Shown here in pieces: positions 10,501-20,480 of a stretch of DNA of 64,000 bases. This stretch comes from an uncultured Desulfarculus sp. (GTDB lineage Bacteria; Desulfobacterota; Desulfarculia; Desulfarculales; Desulfarculaceae): assembly GCA_963665125.2 (NCBI GenBank), contig CAXXUK010000001.1, positions 3,264,001 to 3,328,000 of the forward strand, in the 5' to 3' direction. The position numbers and the translations under genes are program-made. The first letter of the stretch is position 1. The number at the start of each line of letters is the position of its first letter. Under the pieces are notes generated by a model that was given only the letters and a program-made list of their open reading frames with translations, was not told the origin of the DNA and ran no database searches.

Positions 10501-12838
10501 AGAGGCAAGGGAACACACTGCCCAAGTTACTCCAGAGGACCGAGTTGAACGCGAGGATCGCTTCCGCTTGGGTGCGGAACCCGGCGGCCTGTCGCTACTT
10601 TTTTGCTCTCCGACCATGGAATTGGGCGTGGATATTGCCCAACTTAACGTTGTCAACATGCGCAACGTGCCCCCAACACCTGCAAACTATGCTCAACGAA
10701 GTGGCCGAGCTGGCCGTGGTGGTCAACCAGCCTTGGTATACACTTATTGTGCTGGCCGAAGCCCCCACGACCAGTACTTTTTCAGGGAGCCTCACCAGAT
10801 GGTAGCCGGGTCTGTTGCTCCTCCCCGCATTGATCTTCGCAACCGCGACTTAGTTCGATCGCACATCAATGCCGTGTGGATGGAGGTGGCCAAACCAGAT
10901 CTTGGTAGGACTTTAAACTCTGTTCTGGAAACTATGCCTGAAAATGGCAAGCTCACTTTGCCAATTAAATCGGCAATATCAAGTGAGCTTAAGAGTAGGT
11001 CTCATAGGGCTGCGGCCATTTCCAAAGCAAAATCGTTGGTAAGTACTATTAGAGAGGAACTGGAAGCCACCCCATGGTTCCATGATGCATGGACTGAAGA
11101 AACGCTGGATCAAGTTGAAAGGGCGTTTGATACGGCTTGTGATCGATGGAGGAGCTTGTATAGAGCTGCTGTACGACAGCGAGAACTACATCACGCAATA
11201 ATAATGGATCATGCACGGTCTTTATCAGAGCGCGAGCATTCAAAACGCCTGAGAGCTCATGCCGAGAACCAAATTAGATTGCTCACAGAGGCCAGGGGTG
11301 TATTTGAAGGAGATTTTTATTCCTATCGATATTTTGCTACCGAAGGTTTCCTGCCTGGTTACAATTTCCCGCGTCTGCCCATCTCAGCATACGTCCCAGC
11401 TCGGAGACAAACCACAGGTCGAAATGAATACGTTTCGCGACCCCGTTTTCTGGCTATATCGGAATTCGGGCCTCGAGCATTAGTATACCATGAGGGAGCT
11501 CGCTACAGAGTTAATAGGGTTAACCTCGATTTTGGATCAGGTGACCCCGAAGACGCGCATTTTATTGGCACATCTACGATGAAGCGCTGTACTCGGTGCG
11601 GTTACGCGCACGTGCAACAGGACATCAACATGGCTGAGGTTTGCGACAAATGTGGGTCCCCTCTGGATGCCAGCTCTCATATTGAAAACCTCATTCATAT
11701 GCAAAACGTCAGTCTAAAGCTGGTAAAGCGCATCACCAGTGATGAGGAAGAACGACAGCGGTACGGATATAAAATTGTAACGGCCTATCGTTTCCCCGAA
11801 GTTGGGGGTAGGTTTGATCAAAAAGACGCCGATGTTTTCTTCGAAGGAACACGATTGCTTAGCCTCAGCTACAGTGACGCCACTGATCTCTTCCGCGTCA
11901 ATTTAGGTTGGGCTAACCAGGGGGCCGACCAATCGCCAGGATTTGTTTTGGATTTAGAGCGGGGGGGCTGGAGTACAAACCCCAAAGACCAAGACGATCA
12001 GGAAGATGCGACCGGCGAAGGGCATAAGCAGCGTGTGGTACCGTACGTTAAGGACACCAAAAATGCTTTGGTGATGAGATTCGATCCTCCACGAAATAAT
12101 GCAGAACTGGCAAGCCTGCAGGCAGCCTTTAAAGAGGCTATCCTTAAGTTCTTTCAACTGGAACCTCGGGAGTTGGCTTGTGAGCCAATGCCCACTGCTG
12201 AAGAACGCCATGAAATCCTTTTTTATGAGTCTTCGGAGGGTGGTGCCGGTGTACTGCGACAAATCGTAGAGGATCCAATGGTCTTCCCTGCCTTGGCGCG
12301 ACAGGCTTTGGAAGTTTGTCACTTTAACTCGGATACGCTCGAGGACCTTGGCGCGGACACCTGTGGAAAGGCTTGTTATGCATGCTTATTAGATTATGGA
12401 AACCAGCCAGATCATCAGGACTTGGATCGGCATCAGATAATGGAGCTTTTATCAGAACTGTCGAGGTCCGAGTGTAAGCCTGCTGGTGGGGTAGGATCTC
12501 GTCCCGATAGAATCGCCTACCTTCGTAGACGATGCGATAGCAAGCTGGAAAAAAAGTGGCTCTACCTCGTTGACAACTTACTGCTCAATCTGCCAAGCGA
12601 AGCACAATACATCATTGAGTCCTGTTCTACGCAGCCAGACTTCTTTTATGACACATGCAATGCCGCCATCTACATTGACGGGCCACCACATGATGAACCT
12701 GACCAAATCCGTAAAGACGAAGCTATCACACGGCGTTTGGTGGAGAATGGCTACATTGTAGTTCGCTTCCATCATAAAGATGACTGGTCCGAAGTCTTTG
12801 CTCGCCATCCAGATATATTTGGGAGACCTAAGGCATGA
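7547..12838 (+). CDS. Large SF2 DEAD/DEAH helicase with DUF1998 (YprA/MrfA-type Zn-binding) and C-terminal Vsr/DUF559-like nuclease; DrmA+DrmB-like fusion
   Basis: Helicase motifs TGSGKS, DELH, SAT, PTMELGVDI and QRSGRAGR. GGAG..CGKACYACL is typical of DUF1998. C-terminal PDF..IYIDGPPHD. Confidence 0.88.
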   Translation: MQMNVFELRNKLVGDYASYTKSFIKIKDPRIDKSVTSEIDNGAFWPEPLIQLNPTFLPSGTIDELVENGTLHSECKKIFRIGKTEHDYAGQQLRLHTHQREAILKAKEEKSYVLTSGTGSGKSLTYIVPIVDHVLRKGSGRGIQAIVVYPMNALANSQAEELGKFLLKGYPEGKPPVRFARYTGQEGGAEREEIRRNPPDILLTNYMMLELMLTRVEDRELVRAAQGLKFLVFDELHTYRGRQGADVALLIRRCRLAFGGHDFICIGTSATMASEGTSEDQKNGVARVAQTLFGTSFDKTQIIGETLERATKSFNFQESSIVEILRSTIANKPEPPSDYDSFRDHPMASWIEATFGVVKEEIAGRLVRQNPQRLQGPDSASELLARLTSTDAASCAEVIRRFLLKGSNLRRTPSSRFPIFAFRLHQFFTRGDTVWATIEAEDVRHLEMSKQVAKPNEPDKLLYPLVFCRQCGAAYYRVRIVPDGNGSRLLPREDRRAKDDDGSGDAYLYLSNQNPWPRATSSELLERLPDVFKDTTVNGEEQIRPDSKGDIPETIFVNAQGQIVTDGQGVRAALIRKNFLFCLEPGCGVAYVKTQRSERAKLATLGVDNRSTATTILAVRSLIELQGDHSLEPEARKLLSFTDNRQDASLQAGHFNDFAQVALLRSALYRAAKDKGTEGLRNHELSRGVFEAMQLRFDEFAADPEVRGPAKNATEDALRRIIDYFLYRDLERGWRVTAPNLEDCGLLAFDYDGLLGEDGLLAEKDLWEYGLTIKRGRNEKDFVALPDLLHSCPSQKLEELLRTLLDVLRRSLAVKVDVLDGTKQLDLVNQTKHRLREDAVWHLDDPREMSKSVVAYPRSKKRSSGEDRYGVFISAYGNYGRYVKRTLVQHVSNNKRVGLAELNEIIRYFFLALKRYGIIEQVRSGREGDDPGYQLNSDAIRWLPGDGKMRPLDRTRLLDVGEAVSEVNKYFVECYRNFIDLKCLLEAREHTAQVTPEDRVEREDRFRLGAEPGGLSLLFCSPTMELGVDIAQLNVVNMRNVPPTPANYAQRSGRAGRGGQPALVYTYCAGRSPHDQYFFREPHQMVAGSVAPPRIDLRNRDLVRSHINAVWMEVAKPDLGRTLNSVLETMPENGKLTLPIKSAISSELKSRSHRAAAISKAKSLVSTIREELEATPWFHDAWTEETLDQVERAFDTACDRWRSLYRAAVRQRELHHAIIMDHARSLSEREHSKRLRAHAENQIRLLTEARGVFEGDFYSYRYFATEGFLPGYNFPRLPISAYVPARRQTTGRNEYVSRPRFLAISEFGPRALVYHEGARYRVNRVNLDFGSGDPEDAHFIGTSTMKRCTRCGYAHVQQDINMAEVCDKCGSPLDASSHIENLIHMQNVSLKLVKRITSDEEERQRYGYKIVTAYRFPEVGGRFDQKDADVFFEGTRLLSLSYSDATDLFRVNLGWANQGADQSPGFVLDLERGGWSTNPKDQDDQEDATGEGHKQRVVPYVKDTKNALVMRFDPPRNNAELASLQAAFKEAILKFFQLEPRELACEPMPTAEERHEILFYESSEGGAGVLRQIVEDPMVFPALARQALEVCHFNSDTLEDLGADTCGKACYACLLDYGNQPDHQDLDRHQIMELLSELSRSECKPAGGVGSRPDRIAYLRRRCDSKLEKKWLYLVDNLLLNLPSEAQYIIESCSTQPDFFYDTCNAAIYIDGPPHDEPDQIRKDEAITRRLVENGYIVVRFHHKDDWSEVFARHPDIFGRPKA

Positions 12839-15669
12839 GCCCTCATCCCTTTTCCAAACCTGGGACATTGGTACACGCGCGAGGACGGGAGTGGTTTGTA
12901 CTGCCCGATTCCGGAGCTGATATGCTGTTGGTCAGGCCTGTGGGAGGATTGGACGAAGAGGTAACAGGGATTTTAACTGCCGTCGAGCCGGTTGAGTCGA
13001 GTACATTTGACTTGCCAACGGTTAATGATCTTGGTGATTTTACTGCAGGACGATTCCTACGAGAAGCAGCTAGGTTGTCAACACGCTCGGCCGCTGGGCC
13101 TTTTAGGTGCTTTGGCCGTATTGCCACTGAACCGCGTCCATATCAATTGGTGCCGCTGATAATGGCCCTCAAGGTGGACCCTATTCGGCTACTAATTGCA
13201 GACGACGTAGGCATTGGCAAGACCATTGAAGCAACTCTTATCGCCCGAGAGTTACTCGACAGGGGCGAGATACGTCGGCTGACGGTATTGTGTCCACCTC
13301 AGCTGGCAGAGCAGTGGCAGAAAGAGTTGGCTGAAAAGTTCCATATTGAGGCCGAGCTAATACTTTCTAGCACGATCCAAAAGCTGGAGCGAGACCTACC
13401 TCTGGGTGTGTCGGTGTTCGACCAACACAAGTTTACGGTTGTCTCCACTGACTTTATTAAGAGCCCCCGCCGTGCCGAGGACTTCATTATTAAGTGTCCG
13501 GAGTTTGTTATAGTTGATGAAGCACACGGCTGTACACTTGCGGATGGCTTAGGGCGTGGGCGTCAACAGCGTTTCGACTTGTTGCGCCGTATTTCTAAGG
13601 ATCAGGACCGACACCTTGTTTTGGTAACTGCGACGCCGCATAGCGGCAAGGAGGAGGCATTCCGGTCTCTGCTTAGCTTGCTCCGGGATGAGTTCGCAAG
13701 TTTACCCAACAAGCTTGATCAAGCTAGTCGGGAAGGAATAAGGCGTAATCTCGCCCAGCACATGATTCAACGGCGACGGGCTGACATCCGTAACTATCTA
13801 GAGACAGATACCTCTTTCCCTGAACGTAAGGACAAAGAATCCACTTATACCTTCAGCACTGAGTACCGTCGACTTTTCGAAAGTATCCTCAAATTCGCCC
13901 GCGATTATGTATCGGAATCAGATGAATCTACACGACACCAACGCGTAAAATATTGGTCTGCCTTGGCTTTGTTGCGTTGTGTTTCATCAAGTCCTGCAGC
14001 TGCAGCTGCCACCTTACGTAATCGAGCTGCCGTTGACGAAGTAGAGGAGCCCGAGAAAGTAGAAGAAGTGGGACGTCAAACTGTCCTAGACCAGGACGAC
14101 ACAGATGACGTGGCGGTCCTGGATTTCAGCCCCGGTTCCATGATTGAAGGCCAAGCCGACTCTACCCATCGCAAGCTCTTGGAGTTTGCGCGCCAAGCAG
14201 AAAAATTATCGCCTGAAGCCGACCATAAACTTCAAGGGGCTATGCACGAAGTCCAGGGGTTATTGAGGGACGGCTTCAGACCTATTGTATTCTGCCGTTT
14301 CGTAGATACCGCCGAGTATGTTGCCGATCACCTGCGAACTAAACTCGGAAGTAAAGTGCGGATAGAAACCGTTACCGGCAGATTACCAGCAGCCGAGCGT
14401 GAGGCTCGTATCTGTAGCCTCGTTGCAGATGGCGGCCAATATGTCTTGGTCAGTACCGATTGTTTGGCTGAAGGTATCAATTTACAGGACAATTTCGATT
14501 CTATTTTACATTACGACCTAGTGTGGAATCCGACGCGACACGAACAGCGAGAAGGACGCGTTGATCGTTTTGGTCAAAATAGCCCGGAAGTGAGAGTTAT
14601 CACGTACTATGGCACCGACAATCCTATCGATGGTGTCATTTTAGATGTGCTAATCCGCAAACATAAAAGTATCAAGAGTGATCTGGGTGTTACTGTTGCT
14701 GTTCCGGGTTCCAGTGAGCAGATCGCCGAGACCCTCTTTGAGGGTGCGTTATTTCGTGAGCAGACCGGTACCCTATCTTCGCGTCAGGCAATGTTGCCAT
14801 TTATCGACGATCTGGAGCCCAAAAAGAAAGCCCTTCATGAGCAATGGGAAAATGCTCGTGACCGTGAAAAAGCCAGCCGTTCTAGGTTTGCGCAGCATGT
14901 CATTAAGCCCGAGGCCGTAGCTGAGGAACTTGCCAATGTCCGCGCAGCTATCGGTGCTAGCGATGACGTGGCCGGTTTCTTTTGCGATGTTATGCGTAAG
15001 GCCAATGTGCCTTTGGAGGCCAATGGCAAATCTGTAAAGGTCCACATTAGCCCCGAGACACCACGCGGTTTACGCCAAGCCATGGGCCAGGAAGAGCCAT
15101 TTTCAGGTCGATTCGAACTTCCTCTTAGAGAGGGCGAGGTTTATCTAGGCCGAACAAGTCCCATTGTTGAGGGCGTGGCGAGTTGGACTCTGGACCAGGC
15201 ATTAGACTATCAGGCCCGTGATGCCAAACCAGTAGCGGCTCGCTGCGGAGTTGTGGCTACTTCGGCAGTGAGCACTAGAACTACTCTGATTGTGGCCCGT
15301 TTTCGCTATCACCTGCAGAAGACTGCGGCATCGGATGCAATTCTTTGCGAGGAAGTGTTGCCTCTAGCTTGTCGTGGTCCGGCTGAAAAGCCTGAATGGC
15401 TATTGCCTGATGAAAGCGAAAAGCTGTTAAACGCTAGACCAGAGCGCAATCTCATACCTACAGCTATTGATCAGCAGATTGGCCTGCTCATGAATGACTT
15501 GCCCCAATTGCGCCAATCTCTAACCTCCGTAGCTCAACAACGCGCCATGGTCCAGCTGGCTGCACACGAGCGTGTGCGTGGATCGTTGCGTTCCAAAGCC
15601 CGGATCTCCATCGAACCTGTGCTCCCCGTCGATATTCTGGGCGCATACATCATGTTGCCGAGGAATTGA
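12835..15669 (+). CDS. SNF2-family helicase (DrmD-like)
   Basis: LIADDVGIGKT, DEAH, TATPHSG and QREGRVDR motifs. ATGA overlap with the upstream gene. Confidence 0.9.
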   Translation: MSPHPFSKPGTLVHARGREWFVLPDSGADMLLVRPVGGLDEEVTGILTAVEPVESSTFDLPTVNDLGDFTAGRFLREAARLSTRSAAGPFRCFGRIATEPRPYQLVPLIMALKVDPIRLLIADDVGIGKTIEATLIARELLDRGEIRRLTVLCPPQLAEQWQKELAEKFHIEAELILSSTIQKLERDLPLGVSVFDQHKFTVVSTDFIKSPRRAEDFIIKCPEFVIVDEAHGCTLADGLGRGRQQRFDLLRRISKDQDRHLVLVTATPHSGKEEAFRSLLSLLRDEFASLPNKLDQASREGIRRNLAQHMIQRRRADIRNYLETDTSFPERKDKESTYTFSTEYRRLFESILKFARDYVSESDESTRHQRVKYWSALALLRCVSSSPAAAAATLRNRAAVDEVEEPEKVEEVGRQTVLDQDDTDDVAVLDFSPGSMIEGQADSTHRKLLEFARQAEKLSPEADHKLQGAMHEVQGLLRDGFRPIVFCRFVDTAEYVADHLRTKLGSKVRIETVTGRLPAAEREARICSLVADGGQYVLVSTDCLAEGINLQDNFDSILHYDLVWNPTRHEQREGRVDRFGQNSPEVRVITYYGTDNPIDGVILDVLIRKHKSIKSDLGVTVAVPGSSEQIAETLFEGALFREQTGTLSSRQAMLPFIDDLEPKKKALHEQWENARDREKASRSRFAQHVIKPEAVAEELANVRAAIGASDDVAGFFCDVMRKANVPLEANGKSVKVHISPETPRGLRQAMGQEEPFSGRFELPLREGEVYLGRTSPIVEGVASWTLDQALDYQARDAKPVAARCGVVATSAVSTRTTLIVARFRYHLQKTAASDAILCEEVLPLACRGPAEKPEWLLPDESEKLLNARPERNLIPTAIDQQIGLLMNDLPQLRQSLTSVAQQRAMVQLAAHERVRGSLRSKARISIEPVLPVDILGAYIMLPRN

Positions 15670-18600
15670 CGATGGCCAGACGTAAAGCAGACTTTGAGGC
15701 TATTCGCTCTGAAGGCGGTCTTCTTCCTCCAGACTTACTGCATCGTGTACTAAACCCCTCGGATAAATTGCCTGGCACTAAACCAGAGGACTATGGGTTG
15801 CCCCCTGGAGAGCGCCTGAACGAGTACATTACTCAGTCTTGGAACCGTTTGCGTAAACATTGGGCAGATTTTCGGAAGGTCACAGCTGAGTTGCCGGAGG
15901 ACGAACCCGGCACGGGCCTCACTAACGAACGTTGGTCTTTGCCCATGCTGCGTGAACTTGGCTTCGGGGTGTTGGCTACCGTTGCGGGGCCAGAGTTGGA
16001 TGGCCGCACATACGCCATAAGCCGTTTCTCTGGTCCGGTGCCCATTCATCTTGTAGGTTGCAATCTCTCTCTTGATCGCCGCGCTGCTGGCGTGCGCGGA
16101 GCCGCAGCAACCAACCCACATGCTCTTGTACAGGAATACCTCAATCGTTGCGATGAAAGCCTTTGGGGTATCGCATCCAATGGTCGCCAGTTACGCATCC
16201 TACGGGACAACCACGCACTGTCTCGGCAGTCCTATTTAGAGTTCGACTTAGAGGCCATCTTTGAAGGGGAGTTGTTCGGCGACTTTGTTTTGGTTTGGCT
16301 GATGGGCCACGCCACACGGTTTGTTCCCCGTGAAGAAGGCCGGCATGAAAAATGCTGGCTGGAAGAGTGGACAAAAATTGCCGAAGAGCAGGGAACCCGC
16401 GCTCTAGGCGAATTGCGTGTCGGTGTTGAAAAAGCTTTGCAAATTTTGGGAGAAGGCTTTTCTAGCCATCCGAACAATATTGATTTACGAGATGATTTGC
16501 GTAGCGGGGCGTTGGCCTTAACAGATTTCCACAGCCAGCTATTGCGGCTAGTGTATCGTTTCATTTTCCTTTTTGTAGCAGAAGACCGCACTCTGGACGG
16601 ACAGTCTTTACTGCACCCCATAGATGACAGCCAAGAGGGTAGGACTGCCCGAAAGAGATATGCAACTTACTATAGCACCTCACGCCTGAGGGAAATGGCT
16701 GGCCGCATTAAGGGTAGCCGTCACAGTGATTTATGGCGGCAGTTCAAGATCCTGGTGCCAGCGTTGTTTGGTGATGAAACCAAGGAAGCGTCGGCGGCCA
16801 GGGAGCAGTTGGCCTTGCCTTCTTTGGGCAGCTTCCTTTGGAACCCCATCTCTACCAATGCCCTCAACAAAGCAGAGCTCAGTAACTATGATTTCCTCGA
16901 GACCTTTCGCCATTTAGCATTCACTCGGCAGGGGAAAGTGCTCCGACCAGTGGACTATAAGAACCTGGGAGCAGAGGAACTGGGCGGCGTCTACGAAAGC
17001 TTGCTTGCCCTGACACCACAGCTAGGCGGAGACGGGCAACGTTTTACCTTTGCTGAGTTTGCCGGTAGTGAGCGCAAGACAACCGGCTCTTACTATACCC
17101 CGGACTCGCTGGTGCAGTGCCTATTGGATTCCGCCTTGGACCCGGTGGTGGAACAAGCACTAAAGGGTAAAAGTGGCGCGGAGGCGGAAGAGGCGATTCT
17201 GACGCTGAAGGTATGCGACCCTGCTGTAGGCTCAGGGCATTTCCTTGTGGGTGCTGCGCACCGTCTGGCCCAGCACCTGGCACGGGTGCGGGCCCATGCC
17301 CACGGCGATAGCGAACCCACAGCTTTGGCGCATCAACAGGCTCTGCGCGATGTTATTGGCCGCTGCCTTTACGGTGTGGATATTAATCCAATGGCTGCAG
17401 AATTATGTCGCGTTGGATTATGGCTGGAAGCCATGGAGCCGGGTAAGCCGCTCTCGTTCCTGGAACACCATATCAAGGTGGGTAATAGCCTCCTAGGAGC
17501 TACACCGGCCCTACTGCGTGATGGCATACCAGATGATGCTTTTAAACCCATTGAAGGCGATGATAAAAACTTCATCAAAGAATGGAAAAAACACAACAAG
17601 GAAGAACGCAAGGGACACAGGGGCTTATTCCAAAAACTGGCCGCGCCCTGGGAGCGTCTTGGTGACTTGGCCCCCAGCTTGGTTAGCTTGGAGGATGTCA
17701 GCGACGACACAATCGAAGGCCAGCGCCGGAAGCGGCAAATTTATCAAGATTTCATTAACTCAAGCAGCTACGAATTCACCCGTCTATGGGCCGACGCCTG
17801 GTGCGCGGCCTTTGTGTGGATCAAACGGGAGCAAGAACATCTACCTTACCCAATGACCGAAGAGGTCTTCCGGCGCATCGAGGAAAGCCCGCACAACGTT
17901 TCCCCTGCCATTAAGGACGAAGTGCGTAGACTGGCCGAGCAGTACCAGTTTTTTCATTGGCACATTGAGTTTCCAGATGTGTTCTGGAATGCGGAGCCGG
18001 GCCACGAGGCCGAAAACCGTAAAACAGGTTGGAGTGGCGGATTTGACTGTGTACTGGGCAACCCACCGTGGGAGCATACAGAGCTGAAGGAAAAAGAATG
18101 GTTTGCTGAAAAACAACCTGACATTGCTTCAGCTCGCATCGGTACGCAACGCAAGCAAATGATAGATGATCTTGAAGAAAAAAATCCAGGGCTGTACAAA
18201 GCTTTTTTTCAAGTCAAGAGAGATCACGAAGGGCCAAGCCACTTCTTCAGAAACAGCAACCGATATCCTTTATGCGGTCGAGGGCGTATAAATTTGTATG
18301 CGATTTTTTCAGAAAGTATGCGCAGCTTGCTTAACCCTAGTGGAATAATGGGCTGTATAGTACCCACCGGTATAGCTACAGATGATACGACAAAACTATT
18401 TTTTAAAGACATTACACAAAGTAGATCTGTTAAAAGTATTTATGGATTTGAGAATGAAGATTTTTTATTTCCAAGTGTTCATCATGCTACAAAATTTTGC
18501 TTACTAACTTTGATCTCTGATAATTTTCCTTTTTCAAGTGACTCAAAATATGTCTTTTTTGCTCGCAAAATAGAACATTTATTTGATGGAAAAAGAGTAT

Positions 18601-20468
18601 TCAGTTTGTCACCGGATGATATATCATTACTAAATCCTAACACTCATAATTGCCCGATTTTTCGCTCTCGCCAAGACGCAGATCTGACAAAGGCCATATA
18701 CCGCCGGGTTCCTATATTCATCCGAGAAGTCCGCGATAGTCAGGCCGATGAAAATCAATGCGGCGTTACCTTTAAACAAGGCCTATTCAATATGACTAGC
18801 GACTCGGATAAGTTTCGCACCCGTGATGAACTGGAGATCGAAGGATGGCACCTACAGGATAACACCTTCCAGAAAGAAGGTGACGAATGCTTGCCGTTGT
18901 ATGAGGCAAAAATGTTTCACCAATACGATCACAGATGGGGAACATACAGTGGACAGACAGATGCGCAAGCAAACCAAGGAACTCTGCCGTTGTTAGATGC
19001 AATTATGCACCTTGACCCGTATTTATTATCACTCCCAAGATATTGGGTGCCTTCAAATATCGTTCATAGGGTTGCAATTAAACATCAAAGGGAACAAAAT
19101 TATTTTCTTGCTATGAGGGAAGTTTCAAGAGCAACTGATTCGCGGACGTGTATTCAGGCTATCATACCGTTTTCTGCTGTGGGACACAAAGCAACAATTA
19201 TTCTGGCCAAGGATAATAGTTGCGGCAGTTTGTCAAAATTAATCAGTAATTTGAACTCCTTCATCTATGACTATTGTTGTCGCCAAAAAATTAGTGGCAT
19301 TAGCTTAAGTTTTTTTATAGTGAGGCAACTTCCAGTATTGAATGCCATGGCTAATGGTTTTCCTAATTGGCTTGCTTGTATCCTTGATATAGATGAATGG
19401 ATTGTTTGTCGTTGCCTGGAGCTAACCTACACCGCCTGGGACCTTGAGGACTTTGCGCGAGACTGTGGCTGGTATGGCCCCCCCTTCCGCTGGGACGAGG
19501 AGCGCCGATTCCTACTCAGCGCGGAGTTAGACGCTGCCTTCTTCCACCTCTATCTGCCTTGCATTCCGGACGGCCAGTGGAAGCCCGCACGCATAGCCGA
19601 TGGCGCGGTGCGCGACGAGACTGACGAAGAATTTGCGAAATTAATTCGGCATTTTCCAACACCGCGTGACGCGGTGGACTACATCATGGAAACCTTCCCC
19701 ATCGTCAAAAAGAAGGACCTTGAGGCCCATGGCCACTACCGAACCAAAGATGCGATTTTAGAAATATACGATGCCATGACCGAAGCCATGCGAACGGGTC
19801 AGCCATACCAGACTTGCCTTGACCCGCCGCCAGGACCTCCCGTGGATGCTGAGGGTAATTTCCTACCTGTGGAGCAGCTAGATCGTGCCAATTGGCCGTT
19901 GCACATTCATTTACCCAAAGATGATGTTTTGAGTCAGCCAGAGGCAGTATCTCCGGTGGAATTTGCTGCTGTGACATATCCGTCAACGGATACCGACAGG
20001 GCAATTTGCGCAGTGGCATTGGCCATCGTTGAGCAGACCGGAGGGCTCTCCAGCATGGATCATCTTGATGCTCTTTTGATGGCCACTCACACTGACTGGT
20101 GTAAATCGTTTTTACCGCAGGCGGACCAAGAGTCATTTTTGACCATTATAGGATCTGATCCCAGACATCTGATTGTGGACGAAGACGTAGAGATTGGTTG
20201 GAAAGAGAGTAGGGATTACCTTGAGCAATTGCAGGCTTTTTCTGTAAACCACGTAGATTTAAAGCAAACCATCACTTTAGGAAAAGACTACGCATCTGCC
20301 AAGAGCACCCTTCCCCCCGGCACTGATCAAATTGTTATTTATGCTATCAAGGCACTAAATAGGATTACGGAGCTCCGAAAGGACCTCACCGCAGCCACTC
20401 AACGGCAAGCAAGGATATTGGAAACCCTAGATAATCAGCACGAGTTATATCAGCTTGCCGCCAGATAG
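15666..20468 (+). CDS. Type IIG/Eco57I-like N6-adenine DNA methyltransferase (DrmMI-like) with extra C-terminal domain
   Basis: GSYYTP, motif I DPAVGSGHF, motif IV GNPPW, then a target-recognition region. About 180 extra C-terminal residues. Start is TTG 15666 or ATG 15672. Confidence 0.88.
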   Translation: MTMARRKADFEAIRSEGGLLPPDLLHRVLNPSDKLPGTKPEDYGLPPGERLNEYITQSWNRLRKHWADFRKVTAELPEDEPGTGLTNERWSLPMLRELGFGVLATVAGPELDGRTYAISRFSGPVPIHLVGCNLSLDRRAAGVRGAAATNPHALVQEYLNRCDESLWGIASNGRQLRILRDNHALSRQSYLEFDLEAIFEGELFGDFVLVWLMGHATRFVPREEGRHEKCWLEEWTKIAEEQGTRALGELRVGVEKALQILGEGFSSHPNNIDLRDDLRSGALALTDFHSQLLRLVYRFIFLFVAEDRTLDGQSLLHPIDDSQEGRTARKRYATYYSTSRLREMAGRIKGSRHSDLWRQFKILVPALFGDETKEASAAREQLALPSLGSFLWNPISTNALNKAELSNYDFLETFRHLAFTRQGKVLRPVDYKNLGAEELGGVYESLLALTPQLGGDGQRFTFAEFAGSERKTTGSYYTPDSLVQCLLDSALDPVVEQALKGKSGAEAEEAILTLKVCDPAVGSGHFLVGAAHRLAQHLARVRAHAHGDSEPTALAHQQALRDVIGRCLYGVDINPMAAELCRVGLWLEAMEPGKPLSFLEHHIKVGNSLLGATPALLRDGIPDDAFKPIEGDDKNFIKEWKKHNKEERKGHRGLFQKLAAPWERLGDLAPSLVSLEDVSDDTIEGQRRKRQIYQDFINSSSYEFTRLWADAWCAAFVWIKREQEHLPYPMTEEVFRRIEESPHNVSPAIKDEVRRLAEQYQFFHWHIEFPDVFWNAEPGHEAENRKTGWSGGFDCVLGNPPWEHTELKEKEWFAEKQPDIASARIGTQRKQMIDDLEEKNPGLYKAFFQVKRDHEGPSHFFRNSNRYPLCGRGRINLYAIFSESMRSLLNPSGIMGCIVPTGIATDDTTKLFFKDITQSRSVKSIYGFENEDFLFPSVHHATKFCLLTLISDNFPFSSDSKYVFFARKIEHLFDGKRVFSLSPDDISLLNPNTHNCPIFRSRQDADLTKAIYRRVPIFIREVRDSQADENQCGVTFKQGLFNMTSDSDKFRTRDELEIEGWHLQDNTFQKEGDECLPLYEAKMFHQYDHRWGTYSGQTDAQANQGTLPLLDAIMHLDPYLLSLPRYWVPSNIVHRVAIKHQREQNYFLAMREVSRATDSRTCIQAIIPFSAVGHKATIILAKDNSCGSLSKLISNLNSFIYDYCCRQKISGISLSFFIVRQLPVLNAMANGFPNWLACILDIDEWIVCRCLELTYTAWDLEDFARDCGWYGPPFRWDEERRFLLSAELDAAFFHLYLPCIPDGQWKPARIADGAVRDETDEEFAKLIRHFPTPRDAVDYIMETFPIVKKKDLEAHGHYRTKDAILEIYDAMTEAMRTGQPYQTCLDPPPGPPVDAEGNFLPVEQLDRANWPLHIHLPKDDVLSQPEAVSPVEFAAVTYPSTDTDRAICAVALAIVEQTGGLSSMDHLDALLMATHTDWCKSFLPQADQESFLTIIGSDPRHLIVDEDVEIGWKESRDYLEQLQAFSVNHVDLKQTITLGKDYASAKSTLPPGTDQIVIYAIKALNRITELRKDLTAATQRQARILETLDNQHELYQLAAR

Positions 20469-20480
20469 GAGACCGGCAAG

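Noticed and set aside
7547..20468. Calling the operon canonical DISARM, Druantia or Dpd
   Set aside because: No separate drmB/drmC, no recognisable Druantia partner genes and no dpdA/queuosine genes; gene order also differs.
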